A DNA stretch of 64,000 nt from an uncultured bacterium (GTDB lineage Bacteria > Pseudomonadota > Alphaproteobacteria > UBA8366 > JADFVY01), in assembly GCA_965603635.1 (NCBI GenBank), contig CBFDDT010000004.1, positions 927-64,926 of the forward strand. Direction: 5' to 3'. The position numbers and the translations under genes were made by a program. Under the pieces are notes generated by a model, which was not told where the DNA came from, did no database searches, and saw nothing but the letters and a program-made list of their open reading frames with translations. Positions 8,575 to 17,079 of the stretch are shown piece after piece (position 1 is the stretch's first letter; every line of letters begins with the position of its first letter).

Positions 8575-10584
8575 ATGGCGATCACGGATAATTTTCCGCG
8601 AAAAATTCGGGAAATCGAGAATTGCTGGATCACCCTTTCCGACGGTGTGAAGCTGGCCGCGCGGATCTGGCTGCCGGAAGACGCCGAGGCCGACCCGGTC
8701 CCCGCGGTCCTGGAATATCTGCCCTACCGCAAGCGCGACGGCACGGCGGTGCGCGACGCGCTGACCCATCCCTGGTTCGCCGGTCACGGCTATGCCGGCG
8801 CGCGCGTGGACATGCGCGGCAGCGGCGAATCCGACGGGCTGATGTGGGACGAGTATGCACCCCAGGAACAGGACGACGCGCTGGAGGTAATCGACTGGCT
8901 GGCGGCCCAGCCCTGGTGCGACGGCAATGTCGGCATGATGGGCATTTCCTGGGGCGGATTCAACGGGCTGCAGGTGGCGGCGCGGCGGCCAAAACCTTTG
9001 AAAGCGGTGGTGACGCTGTGTTCCACGGTGGACCGTTTCAACGACGATATCCATTACAAGGGCGGCTGTCTGCTGAACGAAAATCTCGGCTGGTCGTCGA
9101 CCATGCTGGCCTATTCCTCGCGCCCGCCGGATCCGGTATTGCTGGGCAATAGCTGGCGCGAAATCTGGCTGGAGCGGCTGGAGAACGAGCCGCATCTGGC
9201 GGAAACCTGGCTCGACCACCAGCGGCGCGATGACTACTGGAAGCAAGGGTCCGTCTGCGAGAATTACGGCGCCATCGAGGCCGCGGTGCTGGCGGTCGGC
9301 GGCTGGGGCGACGCCTACAAGAACGCCCCGCCGCAACTGGTGGAAAACCTGACCGCCCCCTGCCGCGCGATCATCGGCCCCTGGGTCCATAAATACCCGC
9401 ACTTCGCGGTGCCGGAACCGCGCATCGGTTTCCTGCAGGAGGCCTTGCGGTGGTGGGATCGCTGGCTGAAGGGCAAGGAGACCAGCGTCGAGACCGACCC
9501 CGCCTACCGCGCCTTCCGGCAGCAGCATGACGGCGCGAAGACGTCCTACGAACGGCGCAGCGGCGAATGGATCGCTGAAGAAACATGGCCCTCGCCGAAC
9601 GTAACGCCGACCAAACAATACCTGACCGCCGTGGGCCTGGCCGATGCGCCGGGGGTGCCCAATCCGGTCTCGTTCCGCTCACCGGAGGATCTGGGCATGG
9701 CGGGCGGTGAATATTGCGCCATCTGGCTGGGGCCGGAATTGCCCGGCGACCAGCGCATCGACGATGGCGGCTCGCTGGTGTTCGACGGGCCGGTGCTGGA
9801 GGGGCCGCTGGACATTCTCGGCGCGCCGGAAGTGACGCTGCGGCTTTCCGCCGACAAACCCCGGGCCCGCGTGATCGCCCGGCTGTGCGACGTGGCGCCG
9901 GATGGCGCGTCGGAACGGGTAAGCTATGGCATCCTGAACCTGGCCCACCGCGACGGCAACGAATCGCCGGAGCCGCTGCCCCCTGGCGAGGAGATCGAGG
10001 TCACGATCAGGCTGGACCATTGCGCCCACCGTTTCAAACCCGGCCACCGCGTCCGCATTGCGCTCTCCACCGCCTACTGGCCGATGATCTGGCCGGGGCC
10101 GGACGCCGCGACGGTGACGCTGGCGCGCGGCCCATCATTTTTGTCGTTGCCGATTCGCAATAAAGCGGGCCAGCCGAGGCCGTCCTTCGAGCCGGCGGAG
10201 AACGCGCCACCGCTTGAACTGCGCGAAATTGCGCCCCCGGAACATGTTCGAAACGTAACGCATAATATGCAAACCGGCCGTACGTTGATGGAGGTCGTCG
10301 ATGATTTCGGCGAGCATGAGGATCTTACGCACGGCCTCGTCACCGGGTCGGCCGCCCGCGAATGGTACTCAATCCTTCCCGGCGACCCGCTATCGGCGGA
10401 AATGCGAACCCACTGGACGGAAAAACTGAGCCGCGGCGACTGGGCCGTGCGCACGGAGACCTTCGCCGCCATGACCTCCGACGCCACCCACTTCCACCTG
10501 ACGGGCCGCATCGAGGCCTGGGAGGGCGAGGAGATGATCTTCGAGAAAGATTTCGAGCGCAGGATCGAGAGGGATAACATGTAG
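8575..10584 (+). CDS. CocE/NonD family hydrolase (peptidase S15-like)
   Basis: Start MAITDNF at 8575; DGVKLAARIW.P, EYLPYRKRD, VDMRGSGESDG, nucleophile motif GISWGG, IGPWVH, C-terminal PepX-like domain. Confidence 0.92.
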   Translation: MAITDNFPRKIREIENCWITLSDGVKLAARIWLPEDAEADPVPAVLEYLPYRKRDGTAVRDALTHPWFAGHGYAGARVDMRGSGESDGLMWDEYAPQEQDDALEVIDWLAAQPWCDGNVGMMGISWGGFNGLQVAARRPKPLKAVVTLCSTVDRFNDDIHYKGGCLLNENLGWSSTMLAYSSRPPDPVLLGNSWREIWLERLENEPHLAETWLDHQRRDDYWKQGSVCENYGAIEAAVLAVGGWGDAYKNAPPQLVENLTAPCRAIIGPWVHKYPHFAVPEPRIGFLQEALRWWDRWLKGKETSVETDPAYRAFRQQHDGAKTSYERRSGEWIAEETWPSPNVTPTKQYLTAVGLADAPGVPNPVSFRSPEDLGMAGGEYCAIWLGPELPGDQRIDDGGSLVFDGPVLEGPLDILGAPEVTLRLSADKPRARVIARLCDVAPDGASERVSYGILNLAHRDGNESPEPLPPGEEIEVTIRLDHCAHRFKPGHRVRIALSTAYWPMIWPGPDAATVTLARGPSFLSLPIRNKAGQPRPSFEPAENAPPLELREIAPPEHVRNVTHNMQTGRTLMEVVDDFGEHEDLTHGLVTGSAAREWYSILPGDPLSAEMRTHWTEKLSRGDWAVRTETFAAMTSDATHFHLTGRIEAWEGEEMIFEKDFERRIERDNM

Positions 10585-10791
10585 GCATGCCGGCCGGGTC
10601 CCGTTCATTTTCCCGCTCTATTCTCCGTAATACCGGCCCAAAAACCGCGGAAACCGTCTGTGCATGGGGTCGTTCCGCTAGTTTTGACCTCGATCCCACT
10701 CAGCCCATCATCACCATCGCCAGCACAACCCCGTCGCGGTCAGACCCGACGAGCTGGGCCAAGCCTGGTGGTCTGTCACCTGAACCGAGAG

Positions 10792-10932
10792 CTGGAGACC
10801 ATTGAGCACGGGGCGCCGAAAACCCCCTTCATGCGCTTTGGCGATCGTGTGCGGATCGAGATGTTCGACGCCGACGGCAAGTCGATCTTCGGCGCCATCG
10901 ACCAGCGGGTCGAGCCGTACAAACCGCGCTGA
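10792..10932 (+). pseudogene. C-terminal remnant of a fumarylacetoacetate hydrolase-family gene
   Basis: LETIEHGAPKTPFMRFGDRVRIEMFDADGKSIFGAIDQRV resembles the terminal segment of proteobacterial FAH-family proteins; no matching N-terminal part upstream. Confidence 0.7.
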
Positions 10933-10948
10933 GCGGTCCGCGGTCGCC

Positions 10949-11830
10949 TCACAGCCCCCTGATCCAACGCGGCCTGAGCGGCTGCAGGCCGGCGCGCGCG
11001 GCAGCAACGATGGCAACCAGGGCGTCCCGGTCCCTGGGCAGATTACCGGCCAACGGCAGGCAGTTCGATGCGTGGTTGGAGCGGAAGATCACCGGATGCG
11101 GCGGGTTCATCAGGCTCAACAGCCGTTCCTGCTCGGCGAGAATTCCCGCATCGTCCTGGAATTCGAAGCCGGGTTCCTGGCGCTCCATGAAGCGGGCATA
11201 AACCGCCGGGTCCAGGTCGAGCTGCAGGGTCGACAGATAAGTCGGCGGCGACTGGTTCACCAGTTCCGCCGTGCCGGCGATATGGTCCTCCCAGTCCGCC
11301 TTGCCGCCCAGCCCCAGGATCACCGTGGCCGAGACCTTTAGCCCGGCCTCGCGGGCGCGGGCCAGGGCCTTGGCGTGACTGGCCAGCGAGGCGCCCTTCA
11401 TGATGCGTTTCAGCACCGATGTGGCGCCGGATTCGATGCCCATATAGACGAGGTTGAGCTTGCGCTCGCGCAAGCCCGCCAGATCCTCGATGCTCTTTTC
11501 GTTCAGGTTCTTCGGCGTGGCGTAGGCCGACACGCGCGCCAGGTTCGGCAGCCGCGCCGCCAGATAATCCAGTATCTCGAACAGATGGTCCGTCGGCAGG
11601 GTCAGCGCATCGCCATCGGCCAGGAACACCCGGTGCGCATTCGGCCAATCCCGCGCGCCCGCGTCGATATCTGCGAACACCTCGTCCAGCGGCCGGGCGC
11701 GATATTGTTTCGTTACATACATCGAACAGAATGTGCAGTGATTGAAGGAACAACCGATCGTCGCCTGGACAATCAAATTGTTCCCCTCGCTGGGCGGTCG
11801 GTAAAGCGGCATGTCGTAGAAGATGGTCAT
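10949..11830 (-). CDS. Radical SAM protein of unknown function
   Basis: CxxxCxxC (CSFNHCTFC), N-terminal YRPPSE, FLADGDA, GIESG, FRSNHASN. Confidence 0.9.
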   Translation of the reverse strand: MTIFYDMPLYRPPSEGNNLIVQATIGCSFNHCTFCSMYVTKQYRARPLDEVFADIDAGARDWPNAHRVFLADGDALTLPTDHLFEILDYLAARLPNLARVSAYATPKNLNEKSIEDLAGLRERKLNLVYMGIESGATSVLKRIMKGASLASHAKALARAREAGLKVSATVILGLGGKADWEDHIAGTAELVNQSPPTYLSTLQLDLDPAVYARFMERQEPGFEFQDDAGILAEQERLLSLMNPPHPVIFRSNHASNCLPLAGNLPRDRDALVAIVAAARAGLQPLRPRWIRGL

Positions 11831-11840
11831 GGGGGCTATC

Positions 11841-12869
11841 TTACTTCCCGAACAGTTGTTCGGCCATGACCCTGGCGGCCAGGTCCGTGCCTTTGGCGTT
11901 CCAGTGGGTGTCGTAGGGAAAGAACAGGCCCTCGTCCTTGTGCGCCTGGAAGGGCGTCACGAGGTCCACCGCTTCCACCCCCTCGGCCCGCAGCCGGGCG
12001 ATCAATGTGGGAATGAAATTTCGCGTGTAGTCGTCCACATCCGCGGCATATAGCGTCTGTTTCGCGGGCACGGGCAGGAAGACGTAGCGCAGGCCCCGCG
12101 CCTCCATGCCGCGGCTCCGCGCGACGATCAGGGCGATGGTTTCGTCCAGTTCCTCCGGGCGCATGCGGTGGCGTTTGAACCGGTAAGGTTCCTCGCCACC
12201 ATTCCGCCATGTCTTGAAGTCGCCGGCCAGCCGTTTGGCGGTTTTCAACAGGATCAGCGGCAATGAATAACGCTGGGGCGGGATGGCGCCCGCGGCCTGC
12301 GGCATGGTCAGATTCTTGCGGGCGATCGGCTGGTAGGCCACCTCGCTCGGCAGGCCACGCTTTTTCAATATTCGCGGATAAACATTGCGCTCGGTCGATG
12401 AATCGATGATGACCTCGACCCCGGCCAGCGCGGGATGCGCCAGGACGTTGGACAGCGAGCTCCGTCCCCCGTTGAACACCGGCGCTTCCATGATCTCCGC
12501 CAGCCGCCAGGGCAGGGTCTCCCCGTCGCTCAGCCCGGCCCCGAAAATAGTCGAGTCGCCATAGACCAGCACGGGGTAACTTTCGGCCTCGGCGGCGCGG
12601 GTTCGGAAGCCATCGGCGTCGGTGGTGACGGTCGTGACGTGTCCGTATTGATAATAGAGGAAATTGCTCCGGGTCTGGCCCTGGTATTCCTTGGCCTCCC
12701 AGCGCATGGGTGCGCCCTCGACGCGGTAGGCGATATCGCCGAAATACTCCCAGGGTCCGTAATAGAAGCTTTGCGGCGAATAGAGGAAAGCCAGCAACGA
12801 CCCCACATGCAGGGCGCCGAAGCCCAGCGTGACGGTCAGGAAGATTTTCAGGTAGGAGGTGCTGTTCAT
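11841..12869 (-). CDS. AlgJ/AlgX-like SGNH-fold O-acetyltransferase
   Basis: N-terminal TM anchor, YGDS block, VPAKQTLY, DTHWN catalytic D-x-H motif; directly follows the MBOAT gene. Confidence 0.75.
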   Translation of the reverse strand: MNSTSYLKIFLTVTLGFGALHVGSLLAFLYSPQSFYYGPWEYFGDIAYRVEGAPMRWEAKEYQGQTRSNFLYYQYGHVTTVTTDADGFRTRAAEAESYPVLVYGDSTIFGAGLSDGETLPWRLAEIMEAPVFNGGRSSLSNVLAHPALAGVEVIIDSSTERNVYPRILKKRGLPSEVAYQPIARKNLTMPQAAGAIPPQRYSLPLILLKTAKRLAGDFKTWRNGGEEPYRFKRHRMRPEELDETIALIVARSRGMEARGLRYVFLPVPAKQTLYAADVDDYTRNFIPTLIARLRAEGVEAVDLVTPFQAHKDEGLFFPYDTHWNAKGTDLAARVMAEQLFGK

Positions 12870-12870
12870 A

Positions 12871-14427
12871 TCAGAACTGGTAATAAAGGAATTCGCTGAA
12901 CCGCACGAGATGGAACAGCGCCAGCACCGCCATCGCGCTGGCCGCCAGCGCCCAGGTCCAGCTTGGCCGCCACAGCATCCATTGCCGGCGCCATTCTGGA
13001 ACTTCGCCCGGATAGGTCTCCAGCGCCGCCCCGAAGCGTGACATCAGTTGCTGTGTCGTCGGCAGCAGGAACACGATCAGTAGCATCCCGATGATTTTCT
13101 TGGCCTGCTTCAACCCATCAAAATAGGCGGGGCGCCCGACCTCCACGCCCATGGCGGTGACCAGATCCACGCTCCAGGCCTCGCGCAGTAAATTGCCGGG
13201 CGGGACGATCGCACCGTTGGCCCCGCTCATGCCGGCCAGCACGGCCAGCGCGCCGTCAAAACTGGTAGCCCTGAAGAACACCCAGGCGACGACCACGGCC
13301 AGAAAAGTAATCGTAACGGCGAGCGCGCGGCTCCACCAACGTGGCGGGCCAGTCCAACCCAACCGTTCGCGCAGCGCCTGCCAGGCATGGTTCACACCCA
13401 GATAGGCGCCGTGCAGCGCGCCCCACATCACGAAGGTCCAGGCCGCCCCGTGCCACAACCCGCCCAGCACCATGGTGATCATCAAATTGACGTAGCGCCG
13501 CACCGTGCCGCGCCGGCTGCCGCCCAGCGGGATGTATAGATAATCGCGCAGGAACCGCGATAGCGTCATATGCCAGCGCCGCCAGAACTCCATGATGTTC
13601 GCCGCCTTGTAGGGCGCGTTGAAATTCAGCGGTAGCTTGATGCCGAACATACGGGCGATGCCGATCGCCATGTCCGAATAACCGGAAAAATCGAAATAGA
13701 GCTGTAGCGTATAGGACAGCGCCGCGCCCCAGGCCTCGAAGAAGGTCAGGATTTCGCCCCGGTCGGCGGCGGCGAAGGCGGGACTTACATATTGCGCGAT
13801 CTCGTCGGCCAGCATCACTTTCTTGAACAGGCCGATGGTGAAGATGGTGAGGCCCACCGCCAGGTCTTCCCTGTTCAGCCGGAAGATTTTATCCTCGGCG
13901 AACTGCGGCAGCATTTCCTTGTGGTGCACGATCGGCCCGGCGATGAGCTGTGGGAAGAAGGTTACGAACAGACAGTAATGCAGGAAGCTGTATTCCCGCG
14001 TCTCGCCCCGATAGGCATCGACCAGGAAGGCGATCTGCTGAAAGGTGAAGAAGGATATGGCCAGCGGCAGAATGATCGTCTCCATGTGATAGGACGCGCC
14101 GGTCAGCGCATTCACATTATCGACGAAGAAGTTGGCGTACTTGTAATAGCCCAGCAGCGCCAGATTGACCGCAACGCCCAGCCCCAGATGCCAGCGCACG
14201 GGCGCGCGGCGCTCGCCGCCCAGCGTCACGCCCATGCCGTAATTGAACAGGATCGAGAACAGGATCAGGCCGAGATAGGCCGGGTTCCACCAGCCGTAGA
14301 ACAACAGCGACATGGCCACCAGCCAGGCGATGGCCACGCGATGATGCCCGCGCCCGCCGATCAGGAAGAACCCGATCACTGCGGCCGGCAACAGCCCGAA
14401 AATGAAAACATAGGAATTGAAAAGCAT
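12871..14427 (-). CDS. MBOAT O-acyltransferase (AlgI/PatA/DltB-like)
   Basis: LPLAISFFTFQQI, FFPQLIAGPI, YFDFSGYSDMAIG, FWRRWHMTLS, LGGLWHGA, SEFLYYQF. Confidence 0.93.
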   Translation of the reverse strand: MLFNSYVFIFGLLPAAVIGFFLIGGRGHHRVAIAWLVAMSLLFYGWWNPAYLGLILFSILFNYGMGVTLGGERRAPVRWHLGLGVAVNLALLGYYKYANFFVDNVNALTGASYHMETIILPLAISFFTFQQIAFLVDAYRGETREYSFLHYCLFVTFFPQLIAGPIVHHKEMLPQFAEDKIFRLNREDLAVGLTIFTIGLFKKVMLADEIAQYVSPAFAAADRGEILTFFEAWGAALSYTLQLYFDFSGYSDMAIGIARMFGIKLPLNFNAPYKAANIMEFWRRWHMTLSRFLRDYLYIPLGGSRRGTVRRYVNLMITMVLGGLWHGAAWTFVMWGALHGAYLGVNHAWQALRERLGWTGPPRWWSRALAVTITFLAVVVAWVFFRATSFDGALAVLAGMSGANGAIVPPGNLLREAWSVDLVTAMGVEVGRPAYFDGLKQAKKIIGMLLIVFLLPTTQQLMSRFGAALETYPGEVPEWRRQWMLWRPSWTWALAASAMAVLALFHLVRFSEFLYYQF

Positions 14428-14508
14428 CCCGCCCCGCCAGCGATTTCCGCACAGGTCATAGCCGATGGGCGGTTAAATGTCAGTTTAGATTTTCGCCTTG
14501 AGGCCAAA

Positions 14509-14547
14509 GAAATCCGCCCCTCCAGCAGAACCGGAGGGGCGGATTTC
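14509..14547. terminator. Strong hairpin downstream of the lipoprotein gene
   Basis: GAAATCCGCCCCTCC-N9-GGAGGGGCGGATTTC 15-bp stem; T-run follows on the minus strand. Confidence 0.75.
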
Positions 14548-14571
14548 GTAGTCAGTAAGATATAGGGCCGT

Positions 14572-15348
14572 TTACGATCCCGCGTTTTCCGCATAGCGTT
14601 TCAGCAGGTCCGTGGCAAAAGCCTCGCCCATGCTTTTGTGCAATCCGGGCGCCGCCCCTGGGTTTACACCGCCGGCGGCCATCGCCGCGCTGGCCTCGGT
14701 CGCGTTCACGACGGTGCCCGACTCCCAGACCGGATTGCCGTCGCGATCATAGAGCTTGAAGATACCCCGGCCGCGCGCTTTGGCCTGGCCGGTGCCCAGC
14801 GCACCCGTATAAAGGTAATATTCCATCTCGTTGGCGTCGAGCATCATGATGCCGTCCACGCCCAACGCGGCGGCCGCCCTGGCCGCATATTCGTTGGTTT
14901 TGCCGTCCATCTCCAATCGGATCACCGCCGTGCCTTCGAGCCCGGTCTTCCGGTCTTTGATGGACTGGTCGTAGGCCGGTGCCAGCGCCTTGATTTGGGC
15001 GTGCGTGACCACCGTGCTGCGCGACATGATTTCCCAGCGGCCGGCGGTGGACATCTTCTCGATGAAGCCATCCGTGACGTCACGCGCGACGTCCTGGCCG
15101 TTGCCGAGATTTTCCTCGCCCTTGGCCAGTTTCGTGGTGGCGCCGACCAGCGCGGTAAGACCGCCCAGACCGCCACTGCTTTCCTCTTCCGTCACGAACG
15201 CCGGCACCGCGAACGATACCACCGCGACAGTTTTGATGGCGTTGACCTTAGCCGGATCGGCGCTGAATTCCGAAGAAGAACAGGCGCTAACAGCGAGAAG
15301 CGCCACCACCATTATGGTTGCACGCATAAGTTTCAAACGAAATGACAT
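14572..15348 (-). CDS. Hypothetical lipoprotein
   Basis: Start MSFRLKL after GAGG; hydrophobic stretch and lipobox VSA|C; 'IKTVAVVSF' and 'AAALGVDGIM' recall CsgG/LpoB-like folds (inference). Confidence 0.75.
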   Translation of the reverse strand: MSFRLKLMRATIMVVALLAVSACSSSEFSADPAKVNAIKTVAVVSFAVPAFVTEEESSGGLGGLTALVGATTKLAKGEENLGNGQDVARDVTDGFIEKMSTAGRWEIMSRSTVVTHAQIKALAPAYDQSIKDRKTGLEGTAVIRLEMDGKTNEYAARAAAALGVDGIMMLDANEMEYYLYTGALGTGQAKARGRGIFKLYDRDGNPVWESGTVVNATEASAAMAAGGVNPGAAPGLHKSMGEAFATDLLKRYAENAGS

Positions 15349-15552
15349 AGTATACCTCTTTGTCCATTTATATTTTAGCCCGCAATTATTTTCTACTGAG
15401 GGCGCGGCGGCGAATATAGATGCGTACAAATGAACAAAATGTTACCAAACAGGAGGATTTACCTGTCCGCGAACAAGTATTCTGGGTTAAAATTTCGTCA
15501 ATGGCGGAATCATGCCAAAGCTCGCTGATAAAAGGCGCCGGTGACCGCCCGA

Positions 15553-16302
15553 CTACAAGCCGAACATCTCTTCCAACTCGGCGATCCGGCTGGCATAGCG
15601 GCGTTCCAGATAGGCGCCCCAGGTGGGCTCGCGTTCGATCTCCAGACGCATCTGTTCCCGCCATGCGTCGCGGTCCTCTTCCGAAGCGAACTGAAAATGG
15701 CCGGGAATCTCCTTGGGTATCCCTCGGCGGGTATCGGCGTGGACCCGCAGAAAGGCGCGATAATCCCGCACGACCGTCCGCCCCAGGGCGGCAACCGTCT
15801 CGGGCGCGACCGCATAGTGCTCGCTCTCACCGAACCCCACGTCGTTGGCAAGCAGCGAATAGAGTTCCTCCAACGCATGATCCCAGGCTTCCGGACTGCG
15901 GGTATGGTCCGGAACCTGCATTATTGCGCCATCCGCTGGCGAATGTTCGTGCAGAGTTGCATGCAGCGCCGGCACGAAAATCGTCTGGACCTTGTGTCGC
16001 ACCCTGTCGTCCAGCGGCGGCTTCAGATAGATCACCAGGGGCAGATGGACGACACCGCCGGCATCGCTCTTCAAAATCCCGCCGGGTCGCCTCCAGTTCA
16101 GCGACGCGGCAAAATGGACGTGGTTGCCCTCATGGACAAAAGCGACCCAGGCCTCCGCCGGCGCGTCGTCCGGCCCGACCACCCGGAACGACCAGGGCAT
16201 GACCACGCCGACCGACGATGCCAGCAGCACCGTCGCCAGCAACAGAAGAATACCAGCCATTATGCGAACGAAACGCTTCATCGAGATCACCCGCCTGTTC
16301 AT
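15553..16302 (-). CDS. Hypothetical protein with N-terminal signal/TM segment
   Basis: 249-aa ORF with basic then hydrophobic N-terminus (MKRFVRIMAGILLLLATVLL); start uncertain. Confidence 0.6.
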   Translation of the reverse strand: MNRRVISMKRFVRIMAGILLLLATVLLASSVGVVMPWSFRVVGPDDAPAEAWVAFVHEGNHVHFAASLNWRRPGGILKSDAGGVVHLPLVIYLKPPLDDRVRHKVQTIFVPALHATLHEHSPADGAIMQVPDHTRSPEAWDHALEELYSLLANDVGFGESEHYAVAPETVAALGRTVVRDYRAFLRVHADTRRGIPKEIPGHFQFASEEDRDAWREQMRLEIEREPTWGAYLERRYASRIAELEEMFGL

Positions 16303-16433
16303 CCGGGACTCCGCCCGGATGTCTGATTATGCCCGACAGGTCGGTACAATGGGTTAACGCTTCACAAGCAGTTCAGATGCGCCAGGCCGTCGACTCTGAT
16401 ACGTTGGGATGTTCACCCCAACGGGAGGTCAGA

Positions 16434-16778
16434 ATGCGTGAAGTCGGCTCGCCCTTATTTCTCACCGCCGCCATCATGGCGGCCTCACTGCTGCCGGCCA
16501 AACCGGCGCTGGCAGACCGGATCGACGGCAACTGGTGCTATACGGACGGACGCCATCTATCGATCGACGGTCCGGCAATCATCACCCCAGGCGGCACGAG
16601 CATGACCGGCGAATACGACCGCCACGGCTTCCGCTATGTCGTGCCCGAGGGCGAGGCGGACGCGGGCGCCCAGGTCGGTATGATCCAGTTCGACGATTAT
16701 ACCATCCAGGTGACGACCACGCAGCCCGGCGGGGCGAGGCGGACGGAGACCTGGAAACCCTGCGATCTGACCACCTGA
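16434..16778 (+). CDS. Small secreted hypothetical protein with two Cys
   Basis: GGAGG RBS, signal peptide ending PALA|D, DRIDGNWC...TWKPC. Confidence 0.75.
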   Translation: MREVGSPLFLTAAIMAASLLPAKPALADRIDGNWCYTDGRHLSIDGPAIITPGGTSMTGEYDRHGFRYVVPEGEADAGAQVGMIQFDDYTIQVTTTQPGGARRTETWKPCDLTT

Positions 16779-16900
16779 TACCAGGGCTCGTTGATAATGC
16801 CCCATCGCCTGCATCGACTTGCCCGTGGGGCTGTGCCAGAATACGGTTTCAGGCAGGGCCGTCCGAGCCCCGTTGGGGATGCGTACAGGAAGGGCAACCC

Positions 16901-17074
16901 ATGGACGAGACCATCCACTATAAAGCCGCCGAAATGGCCTTCAATCCATATGGCAACCCGCCCGGCGACGTCATCTGGCTGCCCGAGAACACGCCGCTGC
17001 GCTATGAGGGCGACCGGGCCAAGGTGTTCTACGCCCTGCATCCGGTGGACTGGCACCAGCGGGCCGGGCTGTAA
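16901..17074 (+). pseudogene. EutQ-like cupin with a probable large in-frame internal deletion
   Basis: 57 aa: MDETIHYKAAEMAFNPYGNPP joined directly to cupin motif 2 GDVIWLPENTPLRYEG..VFYALHPVDW; cupin motif 1 is absent. Confidence 0.6.
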
Positions 17075-17079
17075 CGCGC

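Noticed and set aside
6898-10584. Two long overlapping opposite-strand ORFs (906 aa and 925 aa)
   Set aside because: Family motifs begin only at 8472 (minus) and 8575 (plus), each with a purine-rich RBS region; the extensions are antisense read-through of the partner gene.
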